DNA of 64,000 nt. Source: the human T2T-CHM13v2.0 reference genome, Homo sapiens. How positions within the stretch are numbered: position 1 is the stretch's first letter; each line of letters begins with the position of its first letter. This document shows, one piece after another, positions 45,178 through 61,861 of this stretch. The translations under genes and the position numbers were made by a program. The stretch is from assembly GCF_009914755.1 (NCBI RefSeq), contig NC_060932.1; one strand, written 5' to 3'. The notes beneath the pieces were generated by a model, which worked only from the letters and a program-made list of their open reading frames with translations, was not told the origin of the DNA and ran no database searches.

Positions 45178-45301
45178 TTTTCTTTTCTTTTCTCTCCGTT
45201 TCTCCCCTTTTCCTCCCTGCTCCTTTCTTCCTTCCCTTCTTGCTTCCTTCCCTTCTCCCTCCCTCCCTCTCTCCCTCCCTCCCTTCTTCCCTTTCTTTCC
45301 T
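45178..45301. repeat. Polypyrimidine (CT-rich) low-complexity tract
   Basis: ttcccttc/ccctccct runs. Confidence 0.9.
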
Positions 45302-45539
45302 ATTGCTAAGAATACAAAGAACCCCTGCTTATTAAAAGTTACTTTGAGGGAAAAATGTGATATTTCTATTCTTAAAAAAAGTAGGTAAGCAAAATCTATT
45401 CTAAATTCTGCCTAATCTTCAGATTATTGGTTTATATTTCAAAATAAAATATGGGAATATTTTATGATTTTCTCTTCTCTTTTTAAAAAATAACTAGTCA
45501 TTTTATATTAGAACAAAAATTCACCAAACAAGATCCTTT

Positions 45540-47790
<2,251 letters not shown>

Positions 47791-47915
47791 CCAATTTATT
47801 TTCTCTGCAACAAGGTGTACAAGGCTTCCCTTTTCTCTACATCCTTTCTAACACTTGTTACATTTTGACTTTGATATTAGCCATCCTAACAAGTGTGAGG
47901 TGATATCTCTTTGCT
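47791..47915 (-). mobile_element. L1 ORF2 3' fragment
   Basis: cccttttctctacatcct...tagccatcctaacaagtgtgaggtgatatctc. Confidence 0.75.
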
Positions 47916-49724
47916 TTGGATTGACACATTTAAAAAGAATGCTTTTAGCATTATTTAAACTTATATTTATTCTAACTTACTACATTAGCAAAACATTTAG
48001 TCTTCAATAGAAGGTGATTTGGGAGAAAAAAGGAATTATTTGTCCCTAAATTGTTTCCATGATAATGTGTTTCTACTCCAATTCCTCAATCTCCCTCATT
48101 TTTACTCTCCATTTGAAATCTGTGTGTGTTCCAATTAAAAGTATTCTTTCAGACCAATATACGTGAAAAGTGGAGCATAGTGCAGTATTATGTAGGAGAA
48201 GCCAAACAAGCAAACAAGTAAACAACAAAGGAATCACAGTCATGGTAATTTTCAGCACTTAGTTGTAAGTAATATTTTCAAAGGCTTACTAATTTAAATA
48301 CTGAATATAGAGTCAACCAAACTTATTCCAATTTTTGGGTGGTTATCATTTTGTGTAGTTATGTCACATAGACACATTGGGAAATGCGGAGGTAAAGCAG
48401 TGTAGAGAAGACAAAATCCCTCATGTGCTCTCATAGAAAGGTAATAAAATCTAAAATTGATAAATTGCAAGATAATAAATTATGTATATAATTTAGAAAT
48501 CTGGTAATGCCAGAAACCAAAGCAGATAAAGCAGTAAAAAGTGATTGCCTTTTATGAGAGACGAGAGGAGGAGTGAGAAAGGGCCTCACACTATTTTGTT
48601 AAAAGTCTTAAATAATATTTGAGGAAAAAAAATGGATCACTGGGAGAAAAGATATTTATGGAAAATAATTATGTTATTATTTTACATCTTTATTTGTTAA
48701 TTAGATTTTTGGTGTGATTGTCAATATTTATAAGCTTCTGAGGTTTTGCTTTTAATATGTATTTTTATTTTGAGGGTACATTTCCTAAAATGCAAAGGCA
48801 CATATAGGTGCCTATGACAGGCACATATACGTGTGTTCAGCATTTTATATAGTAATGAAGTCACAAATATAGTCAATTGAAAGTAAAAATGAAATAAATT
48901 TAGATATGCTTTTTAAAAGTGAATTCTGTACTCTGTTCATTGAATTTAACACATCTGCTCAGTTTTCAAAATTATTGTAATCACACAACAGAAATGATTA
49001 GTAAAGATAAACATTTCAAAAATGTTATTTTAAAATGCTTGATGGCACTAACTTTTTTTTAAAGCAGCTTGGTAACTTTTATGGCTGCTAGATTTAATAG
49101 GAGTCACCATGGAAACTGTCTCACAATGCTTTGCAGTTGAATGAGATATAAAATACCCATTTAAAAACATAAACACTTTGACAGCTGTAAGAATATTTAC
49201 ATTTTCTCAAATTATGATGTAATGGTATTGCTAAGGGAATGGAGAAATAAGCATTAAAACAGAAGATACTCTTGGAATTCTTATGAACTACTCAGGAACT
49301 TTGGTTTATCTTCATAGATTTTTCCTACTTTTTGAAAGATAGTGAAAGATTAGAAAAAATCATAAAATTCAAGACATTCTGTCCAAGTATTTAGAAATCA
49401 CTTGCTCCTTTTCACTCCTTTATCTCCATGCTACATATCCTTTTGCTCTTTTTTTAATCTTCTCTTCCTAATCTGCCTGACACTTTATATCTTCTAAAAT
49501 TTTTTTAAATTAAAAATAGACAGTGTATTTTAATGATCTTCAGGATTTATTCAGGGATGCACTGTATCATTACTGTTCTTAGTAAAAATTGACATGTTTG
49601 CTTCATTATCTGAAGCAGGATGTGCAGTGATTCAGCTAGAACTCAGGATAAGATGGAGGGACACACAGCTCCAGCCATAACATCTGTGTTCAAGGCAGAA
49701 AGGGAAAGGGTGATGACAGCCATG

Positions 49725-49900
49725 TCTCCTCCTCCCCTTCTCCCCCCTCCCCTCTCCTCCCTCTCCTCCCTCTCCTCCCCTCTCCTCCTTCCCCTCCCCT
49801 CTCCTCCCCACCTCCTCCTCCCCCCTCCTCCTGCCCCCCTTCCCCCTCCTCCCCCTCTTCCTCTCCCCCCTTCTTTCTCCTTCTTTCTTTCTCCTTTTTT
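49725..49900. repeat. C-rich polypyrimidine tract inside a probable MLT1 LTR relic
   Basis: (cct/ccct)n runs; flanks gctccagccataacatctgtgttcaaggcag and cttccagaagcc...gcagatttct resemble MLT1J/K/L. Confidence 0.85.
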
Positions 49901-50644
49901 TGTAATCTGGAAAAAAAATTCTTCCAGAAGCCCTCTTCACCAAGCAGATTTCTGATTATGTTTCACAGTTGGGTTTTATAGATGCTCCCAGATTAAAGAA
50001 GTTAAAAAAATTAAACACGACTTTTCAGCATCGATATATAATTAAAAATGGCAAGGGAATAGGGGGTTAGAAATGGCATTTCTATAGTCAGTCTGAAGTG
50101 TCTTTCTCAGTGAATTAAGGATGGAAAAATGGTGAAGGCAGTGTGTCTTAAACACAAGTAACATTTTTGCAAAAAGCACTTAATTATTGCCTTGGAGTAT
50201 ACCACATCATGGAAATGTTGCACATAACTCGTGTGTGCAACATTGCTTTCCTAGTAAGGCAAGTAAAGCATCAAACTGAGGTTCAGAGAGATCAGTGGAG
50301 TTGTTGCTACACTTCAGCCTGTTTATCATGCCTCCTTATCAGTAGGGCTCATTTTGATTAGTGGCTAGAATTGAGAGAAGCCTATGCAAGCATTTTCCAC
50401 TATTTTTTCAGAATTATAATTTAGGAGCTACTCATACTCCAGGATGATCTCATCCATTCCCATTGCTTTAAATTTAGCATCTGTATTCTGCAATTAAATC
50501 TGTTCCTTTTCTGGGGTTATCTGTCTCAGTGAATGACAATATTCCTGTTCGTTGGCCCCAGACAGAAAAGTTAATACACTCTTAAATCTCATTCCTCCAT
50601 TAGTATTGACATCCAATTAGTCACTAAACCCTTCCTTTACGTTC

Positions 50645-50946
50645 TTATCATTTATTTATTTTTGAGATGGAGTCTCGCTCTATCACCCAGGCTGGAGTTC
50701 AGTGGTGCCATCTTGGTTCACCATAAACTCCACCCCCCAGGTTCAAGCCATTCTCTAGCCTCAGCCTCCTGAGTAGCTGGGATTACAGGCATGCACCACC
50801 ACACCCAGCTAATTTTTGTATTTTTGGTAGAGACAGGGTTTCATCATGTTGGCCAGGCTGGTCTTGAACTTCTGAAGTCAGGTGATCCTCCCCCCTCAGC
50901 CTCCCAAACTGCTGGGAATTACAGGCATGAGCCACAGTGCCCAGCC
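50645..50946 (-). mobile_element. AluS element
   Basis: TSD aacccttccttta on both sides. Confidence 0.95.
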
Positions 50947-51113
50947 TAACCCTTCCTTTATATATCTCTAAACAAAATTTTGTTTCAACTTTGTTTGAAG
51001 ACAACATCTTTCTCTTTGAAAGAAGGTTCTTAATGGCTGCATACATTTAATGGTATGGATCTTGCCTAATCTAGTCAGTTTTTTAAAATTTTATTGGAAT
51101 CCAAAATTATATG

Positions 51114-53761
51114 CAATTCACCCTTGAACAATGTGGGGGGTAGGGGCGTTGACCACCTGTGCAGTTGAAAATCTGCATAGAACTTTTGACTCCCCTCAAA
51201 CTTAATTACTAAGAGCCTATTGTTGATCGGAAGCCTTACTAATTATATAAACAGTCAACAAACATATTTTTATGTTACATGTGTTATATTCTATATTCTT
51301 ACACTAAAGTAAGCTAGAGAAAAGAAAACGCTATTAAGAAGATCATAGGAAAGAAAAAATATATTTACTATTAAGTGGAAGTGAATCATCATAAAAGTCT
51401 TCATTCTTACTGTTTTCCCACTGAATGGGCTGAGGAGCAGGAGAAAGAGGAGGAGTTACTTTTGCTGTCTCAGGGGTGGCACAGGCAGAAAAGGTGGAGG
51501 ATGTGGAAGGGGAGGCAGAAGAGACAGGGATACTCTGTAACTTCACAGAAATACATTGTAATTTTTGTCTTCCTTTTTTCTCTAAAAATGTTTCTATATG
51601 TTACCAATCATTCTTCCACCATTTGCTTTAGTTTCATTGCCCATATTGTAGAAAGATCAATGTCATAAAAGAGTAAAAATCAGTCTTGAGTAAATCAGAC
51701 TCCTTCTGCCAGATTGTCTGATGTTAATTTGTTTTCTGGCACTGCTTCTTTTACATCTTCCTCATTGTCACTGATTTGGAAGCACTTATCCTCCCATCTT
51801 CTGTTAATTCTTCTGGTGTGGTGTCTACTAGCTCTTGATTTTCGTCAAGATTCATATCTTGAAACCCTTCATCCCACTCCCTCTTTGCTGTATCGACAAT
51901 CTCTTTCACAGTTTCCTTGATTGACTCTATCATAAACCCTGTGAAGTCATACACAACATCTGTACACATGTTTTTCCAGCAGGAATTTATTGTTTCAGGC
52001 TTGATGACCTTTACAGCTTTTTAAATAACAATGATGGCATCTTCAGTAGTGTAATTTTCCCAGACTTTCCAACATTCTTTATATCAGGGTTTTCTTCCAC
52101 AGTATTGACAATTTCTTATGCAGAGTACCATGTGTAATAAGCCTTAAACGTCCTGATGAGCCCCTTGATCTAAAGGTTGAATTAGAGACATTGTGTTTGG
52201 GGGCAAGTAGACCACTTCAGTGCCTTTGGTGTAGAACTCATGAAGTTCTGGGTCACCAAGGTCATTGTTCAATAACAATAGAGCTTTAAAAGGCAATTTC
52301 TTACTGACAAGGTAATTCTTGACTTCGGGGACAAGGTATTGATGAAATCAGTCCAGAAAAAGTGTTCTTGTTGTCCAGGCCTTCTTTTTGTACAACCAGG
52401 ACTGGTAGCTGATGTTTATCTTTTCCCCTCAGGGATCAGAGATTAGCAGCTTTATAGATAAAGGCAGTACTGATTATAAACCCAAATGAATTGCACAAAA
52501 CTGTAGAGTTAGCCTGCCCCTTCCTGTCTTAAATCGTGGTGCTCATTTATCTTCCTTACTAATAAATATACTTTCTGACATTTTCTTCCAGCATAGGGCA
52601 CTTTTGTCTTAAAACCTTTTTCAGGTACATATATCATTTCTCCTCAATGCTTTTCTTAATGGCTTCTGGAATTTGTCTGTTGTCTCTTGGTCAACAGAAG
52701 CTGCTTCTCCTGTTAACTTGACGTTTTTTAAGCCAAACCTCTTTCTAAAATATCAAACCATCCTTTGCTGGCATTATATTTATTAGTTTTTTTCTTTCAC
52801 CTTTCTTTTGCTTTAGGTTGTCACATAATGACTTAGCTTTTTCTTGAATCATATTAGAGCTTATAGGTATGCTTTTCTTATGGCTGTCCTGCATCCACAA
52901 AAAAAAGCTGTGTTTTTAATATGATATAAAAAGGTATTTCATAAAAAGAGCAAGGTTTTCATGTTGCTAGTGTGGCTGCAGTGAGAGCTTCAGTAATTTT
53001 CTTTTTTCCATTTATTTACAATGATCCTTATGCTGTATTCATTTATCTTGAAATGTCAGGCAACTGCAGCTACAGACCTCATTTTATGATTACATATTGA
53101 GCAACTCAACTTTTAATTGTAATAATTTGACTTTTCTCTGCTTCTTGGGAGTGCTCCCAAGGTATCATAATATCATTCAAGGTTTATGGTATTGCACTAA
53201 ACATGAAAAATGTGCAAGAACTATGACAGACCACTTTTTACTGTGATAAAGCAGCCTACTGGAGAGAACTGCTCATGAGGCAATGGTTAGAATCACCTGG
53301 TGTTTTAAGCTAATACTGGCAACTCTTGAGCTCATCTCAACAGCAACAGGAGGCAGCTACACAATTATTACAGTAGCATGGTATGTACTACAGTTAATTT
53401 TATACAGTTAAAATTTAATACTGAATCTTTGTATTTATTTACATGTCTATTAACTGTGATGGTGCCATGTAGGTATGATCTGTTCATGTGTGTAAGTTTT
53501 GGTAAATTTTAACATTTTATAATTTGTGTATATTTTGTGGTAGTAAATGATAACATAGACTCGTATATAATATCTACATATATTATTTGCATGCATGACA
53601 TACTTAAACTTTCTTAAATTTTTTTATGTTCCTAGGCTACATAGTTCATCTGCTTTTTGATTTATCACAAATCTCCAGACAAATTTAGTATATTTGTTTT
53701 TTAAAACTCATGTACAAGTGGACCTGTACAGTTCAAATTCATGTTGTTCAAGGATCAACTA
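51114..53761 (-). mobile_element. Near full-length Tigger2 DNA transposon with a decayed transposase
   Basis: TIRs caattcacccttgaacaa / ttgttcaaggatcaact(a)+TA; minus-strand peptides PKKQRKVKLLQLKVELLNM (N-terminal HTH region, ~53150) and DVVYDFTGFMIESIKETVKEIVDTAK...QELVDTTPEELTED (51751-51969). Confidence 0.92.
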
Positions 53762-54084
53762 TATACATATATATAGATTTGGATGCGACCTTGTAATTCA
53801 GATATGTACAATTTAAGTTCTTAGATGGTCAATGTACATCTCTGGATAATTTTTTTTCTGGAATTTATGCGGATTTTTTAGTTTTTTTGACATTTTTTGC
53901 TGTATGTTTACATTTGAACAACTTGACTGGAATAGGATTTGGAAGGGGAGTTGTCATAATTTTTAACCAAATGTTCCTTTTTTATAAATATTATTTTATT
54001 GTCTTTTGGCAAGATATGTTTGAAACCAGACTAGTTTTTTCAAAGTTTATGCCATCTTTATTTCCTTAATTAAATGAATTATTT

Positions 54085-54290
54085 TATGTTTTTATTTTAA
54101 ATGCAGGGGGTGCACATGCATGTTTGTTACATGTGTATATTGTGTAATAATGGGGATTGGGCTTCTAGTATAACTGTAACCCAAATATTGAATATTGGAT
54201 ACAGTGTTCAGTTGGATAGTCTTACATTTCCTTTCTCATTGGATACAATGTTCAATATTAGATTGGATATTTTTGGAGTCCCCAGTGATG
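54085..54290 (-). mobile_element. Short L1PA16/L1PB 3' end with an internal rearrangement
   Basis: aggggtgcacatgcatgtttgttacatgtgtatattgtgtaat; later ttttggagtccccagtg. Confidence 0.75.
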
Positions 54291-54557
54291 TTAGCCTCAT
54301 GAAATAAATTAGGAAGATTTTAATCATTGCAATGCTTTAGAATAGTTTAAATAACAAACTTTCTTAAACTTTATTACATATACTTCAATTTTTATTAAAG
54401 TATACATGTGCATAGCTTAAAATGTAAAACGGTAGTACAAGGTTCAAAGCAGATACAATCTTTTGACCTTATTCACAAGGGCAATTTCTCAGATGCCAAC
54501 TCTATTAATGCTGTCTTCTTTTTATTCTGTGTTTCTAAATAAAATACTTGAATGTGT

Positions 54558-54995
54558 TTGTGGCAGTTATGATGAGGTTTGGCTTTAATACAGATCACAA
54601 ATGGCAGTGGCTTATATAAAACAGAACTTTGCTTCTCTGTCATATAAATGTCTGGAGGGTGGATAGTCCAGGCAACGTATGGCAGCCCGGCTCCATGGAG
54701 TTCTCCATGGATGTTTCTATCTTGTGGCTCAGTAGAACATGTCCTGTATTGCTAATGTTACCTTATAGACCAAGTGGCTGCTTCAGCTCCAGATGTTACA
54801 TTCCAGCTAGCAGAAAGAAGAATGAGATGAAGAATTCCCTGGCTGCCTTTTAAGGAAGATGCTGGGAAACTAATACCTGACATATCTACAGGCCAGAACT
54901 CAGTCATGTGACTGTAAACACCTAGGAGCAAGAGAAGTAGGGAAACGCAGCCTTGCACCTCCATAGCCCATTGCTGTGGAGAAGGGGAGATAGAG
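54558..54995 (-). mobile_element. MLT1 (I/J/K-type) solo LTR
   Basis: cagtggcttatataaaacagaa; ggctgcttcagctccag; ggccagaactcagtcatgtg. Confidence 0.7.
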
Positions 54996-55217
54996 ATTAG
55001 AGGATAGGGAGTGATTTTCCATTTTTATTTCTTGATTTTGCAATTCTAGACATTTTCTATTAACATGTTATGAAAATGTAGGATTGGGATCTCTTACATC
55101 CATTAAATTCCAAGTCTTGATCCTTCTCCTCACCATTTATGTTTCTTCCTCGTATTTTAAAAAATTAAATCTCTATTTATTGTTCACTATTATTTTTACA
55201 GAGTAAAGATTGGTCAC

Positions 55218-55567
<350 letters not shown>

Positions 55568-55899
55568 TCATACAATTTTTGTTTTTCCTGGAGATAATAA
55601 GTACTTTTCATTTATTCACTTGTTTCTATATCTGTCATTGATTTGTCTTTCAATTGTTCAAATAAAAGTAAAACTCTAATAATAAAGTCCAATATATCAG
55701 ATAACATATCATTTTTTTCCCTAGAAGCCACCTGGAGGCCTCTGCCCTCTTGCTTTATTCTACACTAGATGTTCTCTAGGCCTGTTACACAGCTGTCATC
55801 CTAAGATTTTCTTTGCCTTCATCCTGTGAAGTCCCTTCCAATTTTACTTGTGAAGACAAACCTTTTTGGCAAATGATGTCTCTTCTTCTCGCTTCATTT

Positions 55900-57000
55900 A
55901 CTTCTTAATACTGAAGGCAGGATTTCTCTGTAAACTTCTAGGAATTTGTAAATTTTTTGCGACCTCGAATATAAAAATATGTATTTTACCTCTCACATTT
56001 AATTATTAGCTTGGCTGGTCATAGAATTCTAGAGTTCAAAATAATTTTATCTTGGAATTTTGTTTCCTTACTTTTTAGGTTCCAGGTTGCTTTTCTGGAG
56101 TTTGATGCCATTGTAATTCACAATTCTTTAAAAGTGCCTATTTTTTAAAAAACGGTATTTATTCTGGAAGCTTTTAGGATTTTTTTTCTAGAGTTCTGAA
56201 GCTTTGCAGTGATATACTTCTATATAAACTTTTTCCATTCATTTTCCTGAACATTTGATTGTCTTCATCAGTGTCTAAGTCATATCCATGGGTATAAAAA
56301 AATTATTATTTCAGTGATAATCATCTTGCTTTCCATTTTTCAGAAACTCATTAAGCATTAGCATTCTTCTTCTGGAATTCATAATAAACATTGGCTCTCC
56401 TAAATTGATTATATGATTTTTTCTTATATTTTCCAGTTTATCCTTTTTTGGTTCTCCTTTTTAAGATGAAAATTTTTTCAACTTTGTCTTCCAACTCTTC
56501 TACTGAATTTATACTTCTACCAAAATTTTAAGTTCCAACAATTTTTTGTTATCAAAGTATTTATTAGTGTCCTTTTATTATTTTAAGAATTTAATATTTT
56601 GGTTTTTTTGGGCTACTGATAATTAAAACTTTTGTATCCTAACCCTTTATGTAACATTTCTGATTCTTCAAAAACTTTGTTTTGATGTTTGTGTTTTTGT
56701 TGCTGTCTTTCACAGTGGAAACTTTTCCAAACTATATGATGTCTTCATATTTAAGAGTGAGACAATAAAATGTTCATTCAAAATTGTGCTTTCAGGCCTC
56801 ATATAGGATGAAATAGCTGGTTACTGAGGAATTTCAGTGTCTATGTTATTTTCTAAAGCTTAGTATAAACTTTCAGTCTCCCATCTGGTGGTGGAATGGG
56901 TCAAAGTCTCACACCAAGTTTTCATGGGGCCTGATGATAGAGAGGTGAATGAGGATCTCACAGTTTGACTTGCACTTAAATCTCTGTCTTCAGTAACATG
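55900..57000 (-). mobile_element. Very old L1M fragments
   Basis: agcttggctggtcatagaattctagagttc; ggaagcttttaggatttt. Confidence 0.5.
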
Positions 57001-57165
57001 CCTCACTTTGTCTTCTGCTGTCCAGAGCCTCCACAAATTGTAAATATCTTGGTGTCATCTACAATTGAAAAGGAGGTAGCCATGTTGATATGTGGGTTTG
57101 GAGGGGGACTTTAGAGAACTAATATTTAGGCTCAAGTTAATCAATATCTTTTTTATTCAGCAGGC

Positions 57166-57786
57166 TATAACCTCCTGATGGCTTCTTCCTGCCCAGCACA
57201 GACAAAGCCAAGTCACTGAGTTTAATTGACGCGAGACTGGCTACACCATGTAGGAGACAGAGTTATTACACAAATCAATTTTTCCAAAAATTCAGAGGCT
57301 AGGGTTTTTCAAGGATACTTTGGTGAGCAAAGGGATGATGATGTGGAAAAATGGTCCTCTTCTGGATGGGGCCACAGGATAACTGGTGGGTCTGGGTGAA
57401 GCCATCTCTCCAGACATGCAAAAACCTGCAAAAGACAGCTCAAGAGGCCAATCTTAGGTTCTACAATAGTGATGTTATCTGCAGGAGTAATTATGGGAGT
57501 TACAAATCTTGCAACCTCCAGAATAGTGGCTGGTAATTGTATTCAGGCTCCTCACATCTTCCTAATGTATTGGCCATTCATTACCTTTACAAAGGTAGTT
57601 TAGTTTTGAGGAAGGGCTATTATTATTTAAATTATAAACTAAATGTCTTCCAAAGTTAGCTTGGCCCAAGCCCTCTAGTAATTAAGAAGAATTTGGAGGT
57701 TAAAGGCAAGATGGGAGTTGGTTAGATCAGATCTCTTTCAGTATCATAATTTTCTCACTGTTGTAATTTTTGCAAAGGTGGTTTCT
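57166..57786 (-). mobile_element. ERV1 solo LTR (LTR8/LTR26 family)
   Basis: Reverse start gaaaccacctttgcaaaaattacaacagtgagaaaattatg...gatctaaccaactcccatcttgcc. Confidence 0.8.
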
Positions 57787-58476
57787 AGGTCACTCCACTT
57801 TCCACCATTGCCTTCAGTGATACCCATTGCTGCCTCTGATTCTTAAGCTTCTGTGGCCCTTTGAGTTGCAAATCTTTTACTCTTGCAGGCTTCCTTCCCA
57901 CTATAGGCTGTTAGCAGAACTCAGAAAGCTGAAGCATTCAATTATTATTATCCATCATCTTTTCATTTTCCAAAACTGTAATGACCTCTTTTTTCTGCTA
58001 TTAATGTCTCTTCTATTATCTCTGTGTGTTTGGCTTAATATATCTTTTTAAATTCTTTGCCTTTTATTTTAGTATATTTCAGGAGGAGTGAACATAACAC
58101 ATTTCTTCAACCTATGTTTAATTGGAGGTTGATTATACATTAAATATGCTAACTTTAATATTCTATGGTTTTTATGGGTATAAAACATTTTAGAATTTAT
58201 AAGTATATTTTCTACCCTTTCCTATATTTGCCTTCCTAATTTACTCAGTGGATCATATATTTATTCAGTATGTTTGTACTCAAAAGTTTTGATCTTTTCC
58301 TTAGCTATCATTATAGCCCTTTTGTCATTACTGTTTCTGATGATATATTATTTCCCCATGGTTTTTTGGGGGGGTTGGATTTACTAGAGGTTTATCTATT
58401 TTATTGTCCCTTTCTAAGAAACTGCTTTTTGGTTTTATTTCTCACTTCCAGTTTCTTTTGTTAAAAAAAATGTATG

Positions 58477-59276
58477 TGTAGCCACCCAACAGGTTCACCT
58501 TGCCAGCTGCCTAGATAGAGCCAATTTATTGAGATAGGGGAATTGCAATAGAGAATGAGTTATTCATGCAGGGCTGGCTGTGCTGGAGACCAGAGTTTTG
58601 TAATTACTCAAATTAGTCTCCTCGAGAATTTGGGGATTGACATTTTTAAGGACAATTTGTTGGATAGGGGCCAGTGAACTGGAGTGCTGACTGGTTGGGT
58701 TGGAAATGACTCCCTATGGAGATGGAGTCTCCATAGGGTTGGAGATGACTGGTTGGGTTGGAGATAACTCCCTATGGATATCAATCCCTATGATTTCATA
58801 GGGAGTCAATGCTGTCTTCTGCACTGAGTCAGTTCTTGGGTGGGGAGCCACAAGACCAGATGAGTCAGTTTACTGATCTGGGTGGTGACAGCTGATCCAT
58901 CAAATACAGGGTCTGCAAAATATCTCAAACACTGATCTTTGGTTCCAAAATAGTGATGTTATCTCCAGGAGCAATTTTGGAAGGTCAAAATCTTGTAGTC
59001 TCCAACTGTATGACTCCTAAACCATAATCTCTAATCTTGTGGGTAATTTGTTTGTTCTACAAAGACAGTCTAGTCCCCAGGAGGAAGGGGGGTTTTTTGA
59101 GACAGATTGTTACTGTCTTTGTTTCAAACTGTAAACTAAGTTCTTCCCATAGTTAATTTGGGCTATGCCCAGGAATGGACAAGGACAGCTTGGAGATTAA
59201 AAGCAAGATGGAGTTGGTTAGGTCAGATTTCTTTGACTGTAATTTTTTCAGTTACAATTTTGCAATGGTGAATTCA
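58477..59276 (-). mobile_element. LTR8-type solo LTR with a ~100-bp internal patchwork insertion
   Basis: ggttcaccttgccagctgcctaga...gcaagatggagttggttaggtcagat...ttca; TSD-like tatg/tgtg. Confidence 0.85.
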
Positions 59277-59325
59277 TGTGTATTTACAAATGCATTTACT
59301 TTGTGCTTTGTTGTAATGAATTCTT

Positions 59326-59629
59326 TTTCTTTTTTTTTTTTTTTTTTGAGACAGAGTCTTGCTTTGTCGCCCAGTCTGGAGTGCAGTGGTGCGATCTTGG
59401 CTCACTACAAGCTCCGCCTTCCAGGTTAATGCCATTCTCCTGCCTCAGCCTCCCGTGTAGCTGGGACTACAGGTGCCTGCCACCACGCCTGGATAATTTT
59501 TTTGTATTTTTAGTAGAGATGGGGTTTCATGGTGTTAGCCAGGATGGTCTCCATCTCCTGACCTCGTGATCCACCCTCCTTGGCCTCCCAAAGTGCTGGG
59601 ATGACAGGCGTGAGCCACTGCGTCTGGCC
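59326..59629 (-). mobile_element. AluY-like element
   Basis: Perfect 14-bp TSD tgtaatgaattctt. Confidence 0.96.
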
Positions 59630-59927
59630 TGTAATGAATTCTTAACATGAAATTTTCTTAGGTTTATTTTGTGTGTTTTTTAAAATTATTGAGTTGAATA
59701 TTTAATTTATTTTTAATATTTATTATTCAATAATAAATATAATAAAGCTTTTAAATTTTCTACTAGGATATGATAAAATAAGTGTTTCATTAGGAAGCAT
59801 TCCTCCCATTATTAATTTATATGTTGTATGTCATTACACTTTCTAGTTAAAATAATTTATTGCCTCAGATTACAAAAGTAATTGCAAACTTGTTTTTAAA
59901 ATACTTAAATATAGAAAAATGATTATA

Positions 59928-60007
59928 TTAGTCTGGTGCAGTAGTAATTGCAGTTTTTGCCATTTAAAAGTGATAGCAAAAACTGCAATTACTTTTCACC
60001 AGCCTAA
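59928..60007. mobile_element. MADE1 (Hsmar1-derived 80-bp MITE)
   Basis: ttagtctggtgcagtagtaattgcagtttttgcc...gcaaaaactgcaattacttttcaccagcctaa; TA on both sides. Confidence 0.93.
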
Positions 60008-60099
60008 TATATTTTTAGTGAGGTTCCAAGCAATAAAAGGTATGTAAATAGAAAATAGTATAGCCTGAAGCTGTAAGAACTACTATGAAGCCAGATAAA

Positions 60100-61300
<1,201 letters not shown>

Positions 61301-61861
61301 TCTGCCTTTCTGTAGATAAAGAAAGGCAGAACGGGGCTAAGTAATAAACTATATACAATGATACTGTGAGTATGAATTGATTGCCATTTGGGGGTTGATA
61401 ATTATATTTGGAAAGATGAGGTAGTTGGTGATTTCAACAAAAGTTAAATGATGGGGAAGAAATATTGACCAGAATAGATTAAAGAGCGACTGGACAATCA
61501 GGAGCCAGCAAGACCCCTTTTGGAGAGTTTTCTGTGAAATAATACTTAAAAATATTTTATGGTCAACAGAGTGTGTTATATTCATCTGTTTTCAGAGCAA
61601 AAAGTTGGAAGTAGATAATTGGTTATATGTTTTCACTAACAATTATGTGTTATAAATAATTATACAATAAACATGTAAATATATAAATATAATATGTAAA
61701 ATATGGTAGATTGTATTATAAATATGCTTGTTATATTTTTATAAATTCCTCTAAATTGTATAGATATAATTTTAATCTTAGAAATTATATCTATATACAG
61801 ATTTATAATGCACATAAATACACTTATGTACATATGTGCATATGTGTGCTGTGTGTGTTGT

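Noticed and set aside
49620-49955. Proline-rich and Gly/Arg/Glu-rich ORFs
   Set aside because: Translation of a low-complexity pyrimidine tract on either strand
57166-59276. Adjacent LTR8-family LTRs as one provirus
   Set aside because: They appear to be different subtypes and are separated by ~700 bp of non-retroviral sequence
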